From Eledone cirrhosa (lineage: Eukaryota), in the NCBI GenBank assembly GCA_964016885.1, contig OZ024758.1, forward strand, positions 27,714,001-27,778,000: a DNA stretch of 64,000 nt, in the 5' to 3' direction. Numbering within the stretch: the first letter of the stretch is position 1; the number at the start of each line of letters is the position of its first letter. A program made the translations under genes and the position numbers. Below are positions 12,840 through 24,892 of the stretch, piece after piece. The notes under the pieces are model-generated. The model was not told the DNA's origin, made no database searches, and was given only the letters and a program-made list of their open reading frames with translations.

Positions 12840-14103
12840 CAGGGGTTGGTAACCTTTTGGGGTGTGCAAGCCACATTGCTATGTAGTGTCTCATTGGTAG
12901 GCCACATTGCTATGTAGTCTCTCATTGGTAGGCCACATTGCTATGTAGTGTCTCATTGGTGGGCCACATTGCTATGTAGTGTCTCATTGGTGGGCCACAT
13001 TGCTATGTAGTGTCTCATTGGGAGGCCACATTGCTATGTAGTATCTCATTGGTGGGCCACATTGCTATGTAGTGTCTCATTGGGAGGCCACATTGCTATG
13101 TAGTGTCTCATTGGGAGGCCACATTGCTATGTAGTATCTCATTGGTGGGCCACATTGCTATGTAGTGTCTCATTGGGAGGCCACATTGCTATGTAGTCTC
13201 TCATTGGTGGGCCACATTGCTATGTAGTCTCTCATTGGGAGGCCACATTGCTATGTAGTCTCTCATTGGTGGGCCGCATTGCTATGTAGTCTCTCATTGG
13301 TGGGCCGCATTGCTATGTAGTCTCTCATCGGTGGGCCGCATTGCTATGTAGTCTCTCATCGGTGGGCCGCATTGCTATGTAGTCTCTCATCGGTGGGCCG
13401 CATTGCTATGTAGTCTCTCATTGGTGGGCCGCATTGCTATGTAGTCTCTCATTGGTGGGCCGCATTGCTATGTAGTCTCTCATTGGTGGGCCACATTGCT
13501 ATGTAGTCTCTCATTGGTGGGCCACATTGCTATGTAGTCTCTCATTGGTGGGCCACATTGCTATGTAGTGTCTCATTGGTATGCCATCATATCAAAATAT
13601 AATAACTTTCCTCGACCTCAGACTGTTCTGTCCAGAAGGCTACCTTAATCCCGGGATTTAAAGAACAACAATGAATTTTATGTGACATTACTTTAATGAT
13701 ATTCCTTACTACAAATAAAATACAGGTAGAAATGGTAAATTGTTTAATGAGATTCTTGCCTGTCGTTGGGCAACTTCTCTACATCAGGTGAAATATTTGT
13801 CGAGGACAGGAGTAGAACATCATCCAGATGGTCATCACACAGCCTTGTCCTTAATCTTTGGTACATATTTTGTAAAAAGAATTGTTCACAGGTATACGTA
13901 GTGTCAAATAATGATACTAGCACACACAGTCCCCTTGACCTATCTGTCTGAGTTTGTTTGTTACTGTCACATAAAATATAACGTTCAGCTAAGTCAGTCT
14001 TGTGGCTAGACATTTCTCTAGTTGGTATTCTAATCCAAAATAATTCAGAACACTTTCTCAGGGATCGCTTAGCCTAAGATTGAAACCTGTTGGCGGACCC
14101 CTG
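12840..14103 (-). mobile_element. Non-autonomous hAT (Charlie-like) element
   Basis: Ends CAGGGGTTGG... and ...GGCGGACCCCTG; 8-bp TSD TGCTATAC/TACTATAC (1 mismatch). Minus-strand remnant SLFDTTYTCEQFF...RTRLCDDHLDDVLLLS.T.ISPD matches the hAT C-terminal dimerisation region (about 13750-13930). Confidence 0.85.
12870..13583. repeat. 31-bp minisatellite, about 23 copies, inside the hAT element
   Basis: Unit GCC(A/G)CATTGCTATGTAGT(G/C/A)TCTCATTGG(T/G)(A/G)G; period 31 (12870, 12901, 12932...). Confidence 0.97.
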
Positions 14104-15532
14104 TACTATACAATCATTGCTATGTACAACAGGATTGATAGATTGAACTACAAACTAGTTGTTACTTTGGGGGCTGTATAATTGTATGGGGGGGGGGGGG
14201 GGGGGGGGCAGAAATCTACTTTTCTATTTTATTTAAAAATTTATATTAATGATATTTTGGGCCAATCAGTATAATTTATAGACAAACTAAGGTAGTAGGA
14301 TGTGAACTAATGGTATTTGGCTGCTATTTCTAGCATGCCAAGCAACCATTTAGAGGCTACTTGATGTAATAAAGAAAATCTGAACTTGTTGGCAGCAATT
14401 AGTCACATGGTGGTAGTTTTGGCAATCCTTGGGTCTACTATGCATTTTTTTCACTTTGTTTTACAAATTGAAAATCACACCTTATACTGAAGAGTTGTGA
14501 AGTCTTAACAAGCTAAGTATTTTTTAAATACACTGTAAAACAATGAACAGTTAAAGTAGAATAAAGTTTCAAATATCCTTGTAAACTGATCCACAATTTG
14601 CAAATTGGGTTAGAGAAGTAAAATACAATAACAATAAAGCTTTATGTAAAGTGTTAAATGTTGAAATATAAGTTCACAAATATGATCTTACAGAGCAGGC
14701 TTCTTCAACTATACGTAATAAACTAACATTTGCAACAAAGTAGTTTTTCCAAGGGCAAAATAACAAAATTAGAACACTAGTTAGCAATATTTATAGAGTG
14801 TTGTGCAGGTATTTAGAACTAAGTAAGAAAGCTTAATCATCATCATCATCATCATCATTTAACATCGGGGTTTTCCCTGCTAGCAAGGGTTTGACAGGTT
14901 GTCACACACCAAGCCAATACTCAAGCAAAGTACTGACCTCTCAGATGAACAGGGTATCCACATCTTGTGTATATACATTCCCGCACTTTACCAAGTACTA
15001 ACAAGCTGGGAGAGGGGGGGGGGGGCTATATCGCTTATATACATTACTGCGCTGTATCAAGTACTCAGAGAAGTAGGAATTTGGGGTAGGAGAATCTTGC
15101 TTACATACATATGTTCCTGTACTCTACTGAGTAAATTTTATCATGGCACAAGCCCTAGGGTGTTTGTCATGTTTTTGACACAGTTAAAGACTTCTTTGAT
15201 AATATGTGAGATAAAGCCTTTACTGTGAAAATATAATAGTAAATGTAGAGTAATATAAATGCTAAAGTGTTAAAGTTTACATTATTTTCTACTTATTTTA
15301 CATATGTTTTCCAAGCTGGCATAGGATGGACAGGTTGTCATGGTCTGACTTAGTTCTTATTCAGAGTTACTGCCTTCCTAGACAAGTTGGAGAACCATGT
15401 CTAACTCATACATTTGACATGTTTCTATGCCTTGATATCCTACCTAACACAAACCCCTTTACAGAGTGTACTGGGTGCATTTTACCATAGTACTAACACT
15501 CAGAGATTGTCCTGTCTTAGATTAAGTGTCCG

Positions 15533-15576
<44 letters not shown>

Positions 15577-15808
15577 TCATCATCGTTTAATGTCCATTTT
15601 TCCATGCTAGCATGGGTTAGACGAGCTGTCATACAAGTTAGATCCAATGAACGAGTTTTGTTCATACAGAACTGTTTTTGGTTGGGTTTCTACGGCTGGA
15701 TTCCCTTCCTAATGCCAACCAGATTTACAGTGTGGAGACTGGGCCCTCTCTATTGTGGCACCAAAACAACCACCATACAGTGTGGACTGGTCATGACATA
15801 GAATGACC

Positions 15809-15853
<45 letters not shown>

Positions 15854-16663
15854 TCATCCCCGTTTAATCTCCATGTTTCCACACTAGCGTGGGTTAGATG
15901 AGTTGTCCTGTTGCGAGCAATGCTAGATCAGGTGACCATGTCTTGCTCATATAGAACCAATTTTGGCTTGGTTTCTACAGCTAGATGCCCTTCCTAGCAC
16001 CAACCTGAGCAGTGAGTCAACCTTGGTTCTGTCAAATCATCCTCATGACACCTGTTTTTATAGGAGATATGATGCATTCCATCCACTAGTTTCACAAAGT
16101 TTAACCAGCTCATAGTACCTTCTAGCTTTCCTGTTGAATGCATCATCATCAATAACAAAGAATGAAGAAATATATTATCTCAATTTTGTTTTGTTTTTAA
16201 CGACGCATCAACAACATAAATAACTTGTAAACCAATACTAACTCATAAATTTGTTTCAGATAACCACATTTATAATCAGCTCCATAAAAATCATCAAAAT
16301 TGTATACTTTATATCCATAAAATTTGACAGCTCAGCTGACTAGCAACAAATTTAGATAATAAAAATAAATTATTCAATAATATCAAGACACAATTCACTA
16401 AGATCAGGTAAAATATCAGTCAAGTAAATTAATATACAAGATAAACTAAGAACTAGAGGCTCAAGCAATCATCATAGTACCAAGATACTAATTTTCAAGT
16501 TAGTCTAACCACAATATTTATCAGAAGAATAAAATATATAAATAGCTCCCCCATCAAATAGAACTTTCTCTAGTTTTGGCAGTCAGTTTCATTAAAAAAT
16601 CTTATTAATGGATAAGATACAAAAACACATAAGTTATAATTTCTAATTACTTTTCCAATATCT

Positions 16664-16861
16664 ATCGTATATACTTGAATATAAGTCGAGGAGTATGTGA
16701 CTGAAAAATCGATGGTAAAATGGGGCGGAGGGAGTCAGCTTATATACATCATCGAAACAATGTGTTGATTAGCTGCCTCAGCTTATAAATGGGGTTTGGA
16801 GTTTTGCCCATTTCTCAGAGATAAAATAGGGGGAGGGGATTATATTCGAATTTATACGGTA
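16664..16861. mobile_element. pogo/Tc2-like MITE
   Basis: Ends CGTATATACTTGAATATAA / TTATATTCGAATTTATACG with TA flanks. Confidence 0.6.
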
Positions 16862-16875
16862 AGTTATAAATCATT

Positions 16876-17135
16876 GAAGATGTGGTTTAGCAGTTAGAGA
16901 GTTGGATTCCCAATCGTGAGGTTGTGAGTTCAATTCTTGGACCGGGTGATGTGTTGTGTCCTTGAGCAAGACACTTTATTTCACATTGCTATTTCTGCCA
17001 GGAGTTGCGACCAGTAGATAGTATCAGCAATGGAAAGACCAATGGAAATATTGTTTCTTTGGTCTGACTTGACGAGGTCCACCCCAATCGGCAAGCATAT
17101 GAGGTCTGGGATCTTGTCGATCGATCAGAGTGAGA
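16876..17135 (+). mobile_element. SINE with SINE-B-type head/core and a second tail type (ends GATCGATC)
   Basis: Head TGGTTTAGCAGTTAGAG..GAGTTCAATTC..CCTTGAGCAAGACACTTTATTTCAC, then GGAGTTGCGACCAGTAGATAGTATCAGCAATGG. The same tail occurs at 63565-63772 (+) and 41175-41403 (-). Confidence 0.78.
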
Positions 17136-17439
17136 GATAAATCATTCCTCAAATAATATTTAAGAACTGAATCCAATATACACAATAACCAATAAAGGTG
17201 AATATCATGAAGCAAGTGGTAAACTCTTAATAAGAAGAGTCTGAGACACAGTTTTCCCAACCCAACTAATTTACCTATACCATCCTCCTATGTTTCACAC
17301 CCAAAATAATTAAACCATTTGCACACTCAGGAAAGAATAGCTGGACAGATTTTACAGGCAAAACCAGCCGACAAGAGACTTAGGTGTCTTGCCGGTTATT
17401 TCCTAACCCTTGTCTGATACAGTTGGTATTGAACAGCCA

Positions 17440-17776
17440 CAGAGGTTCTCAAAGTGGGTGTTACCCCTCCCCAACAGGGGTGGCAGTGTTGAAAAGGTCC
17501 AGTGGGCCGTAAGAGAGCGGTAGAGATGACATAATAGTATATTAAATATCAAATGATACATATTATATATAAATATAGTAAAATAAAAAAAATATATAAT
17601 ATTTATTCATATATAGTATATATTATATTATTTAATATATATAAATTAACAATTTTATCTATTGTATATTATTTACAATTTGCATGTAGGCAGGAACCTC
17701 TGGAGATAGTGGTGGGCGCGCTGAAGGTATTACGTGGCCGTGGGGGGTGGGAACGCGAAAACTTTGAGAACCTCTG
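17440..17776. mobile_element. hAT-like MITE
   Basis: 16-bp perfect TIR CAGAGGTTCTCAAAGT / ACTTTGAGAACCTCTG. The AT-rich interior and right end recur at about 20335-20572. No clear TSD. Confidence 0.7.
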
Positions 17777-19621
17777 AGCTATAACAATAGGTCAGGATTT
17801 GAAACACTGAACTCTTGATATGCTTTCATGTAACCTGGAGTAAAACATCTGACATCAGTTAACAGACCACAACGAAGTAAACAACAGATTGGCAGGCAAT
17901 TCTGTTGTCATATAACCAGTCATGCATGATTTCACACTACTATATAAAGAGGCTTGAAAGCTAAAAATAACAAAAGACATTAGACCTTGGACAACATTAT
18001 CCAGGTTACAAATAATAAATATTTCCTACAAACAAATACACACACATAGATACATTTCCCTTTCTGTTCTGATCTGAATTCAAACACATTTACTTAGAAG
18101 TTCTCGTGAAATTCTATATACACCACATGTATTTGCATGCACACTTCAAAGTGTATATGCAAATGCATGTGGTGTATATATACCACCTATTTTCTGTTGT
18201 ATTGTTATGATTTGATGTAATCCTATTTATTATTGAAGCTTATAAATACTTATAATCCAAAAGAGGTGTTATTGTTTTTGATACATTTTGTGCTGTCTTG
18301 ATAACCTCCACACCAACACACACAGACATATCCATTTTCACTTCAACAATCTCATCTTATTTTCAGATATGATATAGCTAGGACTACATTATCTAATATA
18401 TTTTTCCTTGTTTAGTATGTAATAGAAAGGAGATTTAGTTGCTATTTTTAGCGACCACTTACAGGTCTCCTTCACATTGTCCTAGGTGGAAGAAAAGAAA
18501 GTATTGTAATAGCAACATAGAAAGAAAACATACCTTAGGTGTAAGCCAATGATTATGGAATATTTGTAAATAAAAGTTTAGTTGGATGGCTTTTTGTAAT
18601 ACCATTTGTATAACAATTGTTTCTACTTTTGGCACAAGGCCAGCAAATTACCCAATGTATTACTGGTACTTTATTTTATCGACCCCGTAAGGATGAAAAG
18701 CAAAGTTAACCTCGACAGGATTTGAACTCAGACCACAAAGGGCCGTAACTCTTTGCTGCAAAGCATGGCGTCCGACCCTCTACCGATACTGCCAATCCAC
18801 AATGAAATTTTTGTGTAGTGCTCAGGTGCACTACAATTCGTCAAAGGTGCATGTATAGTACATAGAATAATATACAAATGTCAGGGAAGTGAATAGTGTA
18901 TGAGTCATGATATACATGTGTGCGTGTGTATGGAGGGGGAATATTAGGTGTAGTGTTGGCGAATTTATAAAACAGGTAGAGAGTTCCAAATGTGAGGGCA
19001 ATTTTATCAAAAGATTCTTTATGAAGAGTAATAAGTTTGTTTTTTACTAAAGTTCTCAAAAACAAGAAACCACTGCAGTGTGATGTCACCAGTAAATTTA
19101 GCATTTGGAGTCCAATACTGATAGTTTGAGAATTAAGGACACTTGAGATGCAAAATAAGAGTACATATTAATATCCATAAACTTAAATGTTTTTTAAGCC
19201 AAGAGTGGGAAATAAGCAGTTGGCAGAATCAGAGAGATTGCTATTCTTGAGTATGGAATGTATTATTGCATATTTCCATATCTTAGAATAAGCATCTGTG
19301 AAGAGAAATGACAAGACAGATTAATGAAGAGAGAGAAATGCTGTATCTAGTTGCTTGTTGAAATTTCTGCTTTTAGTAGTTCTTTCCACTGAATGGCGTG
19401 GAGAGTAGGCAAAAACAAAAGATAGGGGATTTATTTTGAGTGTAAAGTGAGTAGAGGGTAGTGAATGTTGTGGTTCTATCTACAGTTGTATTGTTTGCAA
19501 AACAGACTTGGTTGAAGAGTGACATCTGGCAGAGTAATGTTTGAACGGACCATGTTGGCAAGGGATTAGATTGCATGGCTTCGTTTGAAAAAGAGTGATA
19601 AATTACAGGGTTATCTATCAC

Positions 19622-20265
19622 TTCTTTGTCCATTTATTCCTGAGAGGGTCATGAGGGCAGAGTCCTCAAAACACTCCTTCCAGCAGGTCCTGCCAGAAGC
19701 AACCATCTCTAACTAATCCGGATGGATTCCCAAGCCTGACCAGCCAAACTCATGGATGTTATCCAACCATCTTGCTTGGGGTCTACTCCTCTGGGTCTCT
19801 TGCTGGTTGGTTTTGCCCGTAAAATCTGTCCAGCAATTCTTACACGAGACATTCTAACCACATGTCCATAGTATCAGAGCTGTGATCTCTCAATTCGGAG
19901 AAGTAGCAGCTCTACCTGTAACGACTCTCTCATCTCCGAGCTACATACTCTATCAAGTAACGTTACTACAAAGACTTTTCAGAAGAACCCCATTTCGGCC
20001 CCTTGTATTCACAATCATATTATTTCGGTCATTACCCAAGATTCGTGACCATAGGTAAGAGTTGGCATGAATACTGAATTGAAGATAGCGAATTTGGCTT
20101 TTACACCTACCTCTCTTTTTCTGATTACCGAATGCTGAAGCTGGTGCATTACTGCACCAGCTTCTGCAATTCTTGCACTTAATTCAGCCTCCTTCCTGCC
20201 ATCACCTGTGAACACAACCCTGAGATATTTGAACTTCATCTGCTTCAGTGGAACGCCATTCACAT
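19622..20265 (-). mobile_element. RTE LINE 3' fragment (second RTE family)
   Basis: FKYL.VVFT.DG, PTLTYGHESWV, continuing to the 3' end; homologous to 12195-12615, 37340-37640 and 57900-58080. Confidence 0.85.
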
Positions 20266-21104
20266 ATGACTAATCTCTCAGAGGCTGAGGTCACAAGAGC
20301 AGTTAAAAAGATCAAATTGGTGTCGGGGGGGGGTGTAGAGAAGATATGATAATATATTAAATATCAAATGATACACATATGTATAAATATAGTAAAATAA
20401 AAAATATATATTTATTTATACATAGCATATATTATATTTTTTATTATATATAAATTAACGATTTTATTTATTATATATTATTTACAATTTGCATGTAGGC
20501 AGGTCTCTCTGGAAATAAAGTTAGGGACATTGAGTGTATTATGTATTTTGTAGCCGTGTTTGAGAACCTCTGTACTAAATTGTTACTATCCCCCATTTAG
20601 ATGCCTAATGCAATTTGAAATATTAAGGGCACATTGAATTCTGACAGTTCTACAATGAGTTGATATAGAATAAGATTACAGTCTTACAGCAGTTGCTAAT
20701 TGTGGCAAAGGGGGAAACTAAAGTGGATTTCTGTAATTCAGGAAAGAGGTGATTAGATAGCTAGATGACACTTCCATTATTAATTATAAAGAAACTAATT
20801 TATAAAACTAAATACAATTTGCTATACTTGCTAAGTTAGAAAACAAAATGGATTCTGCCAATCCTACAAAAATAACTTGTTTAAACAGTCGTAATGCTTA
20901 ACAAAGTTATAAAAAAAAACATGCACATAAAATCCATCTTTTGCATTCTGTGTGCATTTACCTTGAATTAATTGTTCTTTAAACCTAACTTGTTGACTGC
21001 CGCGTAAATTTTACACAGCTACAGTTGCTGTGGTGGGTTTTTTCGGTAAAATGACTACTTTTTAAAACAAACATTTATCAACAACACATATCTGAATGAT
21101 TGAC

Positions 21105-21542
21105 AAATGTCACATCAGTAAACTAGTAACCCCATCTAGCTTAAATGTCACATCAATAAACTAGGAACCCCATCTAGCTTTGAAAGTAGGAACTGTTGGA
21201 AACGGTTTCATAACTTTGAAGTTATGAACTGTTGGAAACGGTTTCATAACTTTGAAGTTATGAACTGTTTGGAAAGGAGGTCATAACTTTGAAGTTATGA
21301 ACTGTTGGAAACGGTTTCATAACTTTGAAGTTATGAACTGTTGGAAAAGAGGTCATAACTTTGAAGTTATGAACTGTTGGAAAAGAGTTGATAACTTTGA
21401 AGTTATGAACTGTTGGAAAAGAGTTGATAACTTTGAAGTTATGAACTGTTGGAAAAAAGTTCAAACACGTTAGGACAAGTTATCTCATCTGTGGCACTGG
21501 AGTTAGGACGAGTTATCTCATCTACGGCACTGAAGAGGTTAA
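21105..21542. repeat. Composite array (2 x ~38 bp, ~8 x 36 bp, 2 x 33 bp) ending in a piggyBac-like terminus
   Basis: 36-bp unit TAACTTTGAAGTTATGAACTGTTGGAAA(CGGTTTCA/AGAGTTGA), period 36; right end GGCACTGAAGAGG-TTAA. Confidence 0.8.
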
Positions 21543-22578
21543 GGTCTTTTATTAACATCTCTCTAAGAGGAATAAAAAAAAAAATAAAGATTAAGACCAT
21601 TCCCTAGTTAATCTACATTAAATATTTTCATTTCTGCACCAGAAAAATAATTACTTGTTAAACCATTCTACAAATATTAAAGTTAGAATTATATAACACA
21701 TCTCAAAGTAATCTGAGAAAACCTCAAATAATTGTGTGAAAAGATCAGCTTAAATTATCTGTAAAAAAAAACAAAAAAACATATATTTCTTGTTCATAGC
21801 AGCCATTTTTTTTCTTTCCTTTTATACCATAGCTCAAAGATATCTGTGCAAACAAATATTGATTTTTTTTAAATAGTTATTTGAGTATTCTATCAAATTA
21901 ATCGACTGCTTTACGAAACTAATTGACTTCTGTAGTCTTAACATATTCTACACAAACCTTATCATGCAATATCTTAAATATTTCAAACTCATCTTACAAA
22001 TGTGTAATGTGTGTGTGAGTGCTGCATGGGTATTAACTATAAATTGTAGACGAGGGAGACATTTCTCTACATCCTGTTATAGATTCAAAAGATGTATTCC
22101 AAGAGTGAATGAGATAAATACACTTATGAGATACTTGAAAAGTTGGGGATTAGTATTTAGACTTAGAGAGATACTCCCAAGTCACCAAATAATAGGGATG
22201 GGGGAAGGGGGATAAGCAGGGGGAGGGGGGGGGATCAGTAATTGTATAGTGTACATTAGCAAACATGAGATTTGTTCTTTTTTTTTTTTGTCATATATAA
22301 TGTGTTTTTTTTTTTTTATTTAAAATAAAATTATTATTAGATTCTCCAGCTGCTTATATCGACATGAATCGCTTACAATAAAATTTCGATGGAGATAGAT
22401 AGATTAACAAAATTTAATAAGCAGGCTGCGGAATAATAACGGGGGGGGGGGCATTATTCAAGACCTGAGAGTAATTTCCATAAAAAGACAAAGACAATCT
22501 AAACAATTATTTCAAGTGATTCTTAAGAGAGACCAAATATTAGTGACAGACAATAGTTGGAGTAATGAATAGTTTTAA

Positions 22579-23163
22579 CCCTTTAATGTTCAAACCGGCC
22601 AAAATTCTCTACTTCCTTCTGTTGAAACTGGCTGTAACTGGTCGCTCAAACTGATGTTAAGGTATTGTTCTCAAAATAAATACTTTCAAAATCTCATAGA
22701 TTCGATATTATGTGAGGTAATTATGTGAGGTAAAGCCTTTACCATGAAAATATAATAGTATATATAGAGTAATGTGAATGTTATGTGAGATAATTATGTG
22801 AGGTAAAGCCTTTACCATGAAAATATAATAGTATATATAGAGTAATGTGAATGTTATGTGAGATAATTATGTGAGGTAAAGCCTTTACCATGAAAATATA
22901 ATAGTATATATAGAGTAATGTGAATGCTAAAGTGTTAACCCTTTAGCATTTAAACCAGCTGTATCTGGCCGGAATTATCTCACCTCCTCCTGTTCAAGCT
23001 GGCTGTCATACTGATGTTAAGGTATTGCCACTCATACTGATGTTATGGTATTGTTCTCAAAATAAATAATATCTAAATCTTATAGATTCGATATTATGTG
23101 AGATAATTATGTGAAATAAAGTGTTTACAATAGTAAATATAGAGTAATGTAAATGCTAACGGG
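22579..23163. mobile_element. Two TTAA MITEs side by side sharing one TTAA; the first has a 73-bp internal triplication
   Basis: Junction GCTAAAGTG-TTAA-CCCTTTAG at 22935-22938; 73-bp unit starts at 22708, 22781 and 22854. Confidence 0.87.
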
Positions 23164-24566
23164 TTAAGTGGGAATGGACCTGCATCAGTTTCTACGATGA
23201 GTGTTCCAGTAGTTTGATCAATGGGCAGCCGGCTCATGAAATCAACATGTAGGTGGTTGAGTATTCCAAGATGAGATTGTTGAAGCAAAAATGTGTGTGT
23301 GTGTGTGTGTGTGGAGGTTATCAAGACAGGACAAAATGCATCAAAAACAATATGGATGATGAGAGAGAAGAAAAGTGAATGAGGTGAGCCAGAGGACCAG
23401 CCAGTTTCAAGTAGCAGAGGCCACATTAGTACCAGTAGAAAAGGCATCTGTAGAGATAGCCCTTCAGTGGGACAGTGTTGAAATATGTTGGTAAGTGATT
23501 CAATACCAATCAGTCAAATGGCCTTTTCTTGGATGCAGTCTAGACAGTTTGTATGCGTAGAGGTAACACTGTCCCTGATATGGGAACATTTTAAATAGAA
23601 AAGAAAAAGATTAGCAATAAACCAGGCATAAAATCTCATATAATGAGGAAAGTGGGGCAGCTTCAATGAGATTTTAACAAATTTATAATTATGAAACTAA
23701 AAGGTTTAGACTGTCAATAGCTAATGAAATCTAGTCTTGAGAAGCTAAAACTGGTTTTCACTCAATAAGCTCAGTTGAATGATTCCATTCCAACAAATCA
23801 AAATCAACAAATTAACTATTCACATTTGAAGCTAGACTTAATGGCTATACTCAAAAGAGAGATGGGGAGAGCGGAAGAGATGGAGGAGAGCGGAAGAGAT
23901 GGAGGAGAGTGGGAGAGATGGGAGAGTGGGAGAGATGGAGGAGGTGACAGTGGGAGTTTGGTTCCTCTGTGTTTGGACTTGGTGTATGTGTGTGTGACTG
24001 ATTGATTTGTCTGGTTTTATATATATAAACAATAAACTGGAGATAGATATCAAGCTTCTCTAATGTTAACCCAATATTAATATCTTCATCCTTCAAATAT
24101 TTTACCAACTATGTTGACATTTTAATCTAAGTTGAGCAGTAAAATTGAACCTTTATTTTTTACCAGAGCTATTTGGATTAGTAAAATCCTTTTATAAATA
24201 GAAATTAACTGTTATAAATTCTTTTTTAAATCTACACAATTCAGCTTAAGAGTGTGAATGGAAAAAGAGAAAAAGGTTAATTGTACATTTATTTTGTATA
24301 ACAATGAGTTGTTTGACAAAAGAAACAGATTTCAATTCTAATTATAAATAAGACTGTCAGTGTAGTTAACCACAAGGCGGCCTTGAGTCAAACAACTGAT
24401 GTCCTTTGTAAATTGTTACATTTCTTTGAAAATGCTCACATTATTATACTATTATAAAGAAAATACTGAAACTTTTTTACTTCATCAAATTACATAAGAC
24501 AACATAAAGAATGTGATCCAGATTGATTTTTGTGGTGAATAAATAAGTTACTAATAGTTAAATAAA

Positions 24567-24892
24567 AGGGTAAAGATCCCCCCCCCCCCCATCTTCAGTC
24601 ATGAATGACCATGGGATTTGAACCTAGAAAGTTCCTCTCTGAACCACATGTCCGGGAAAGGTTGTTTGTGGAAGAGCAGCAGTTGCCATGCCTCCCCTCC
24701 CCCATGCCACCGATGTTGTCCAAGGGAAAGGCAAAGACTGATACAGCTTGGCACCAGTGATGTCGCAATTCATTTAGTGCCTTATAAAGTGTCTTGCTTG
24801 AGAACACAACATATCACCCGATCTGAGAATTGAACCTACAACCTCACAATTGTAAGCCTGACTCTCTAACCCCTAAGCCATGCACCTTCACC
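24567..24892 (-). mobile_element. SINE with SINE-B-type head and a third tail type (ends CTTTACC)
   Basis: + strand reads AAAGGGTAAAG...CAGTCATGAATGACCATGGGATT...AAAGTGTCTTGCT...CTAAGCCATGCACCTTC. A second copy at 35143-35567 has a ~95-bp internal duplication. Confidence 0.75.

Noticed and set aside
12870-13583. CRISPR-like array
   Set aside because: Contiguous 31-bp units with no spacers; it is a minisatellite inside a hAT element.
21176-21463. CRISPR array or loxP-like sites (36-bp palindromic repeats with ATAACTT..AAGTTAT)
   Set aside because: No unique spacers, no cas or recombinase genes, eukaryotic context; only 7 bp per arm resemble loxP.
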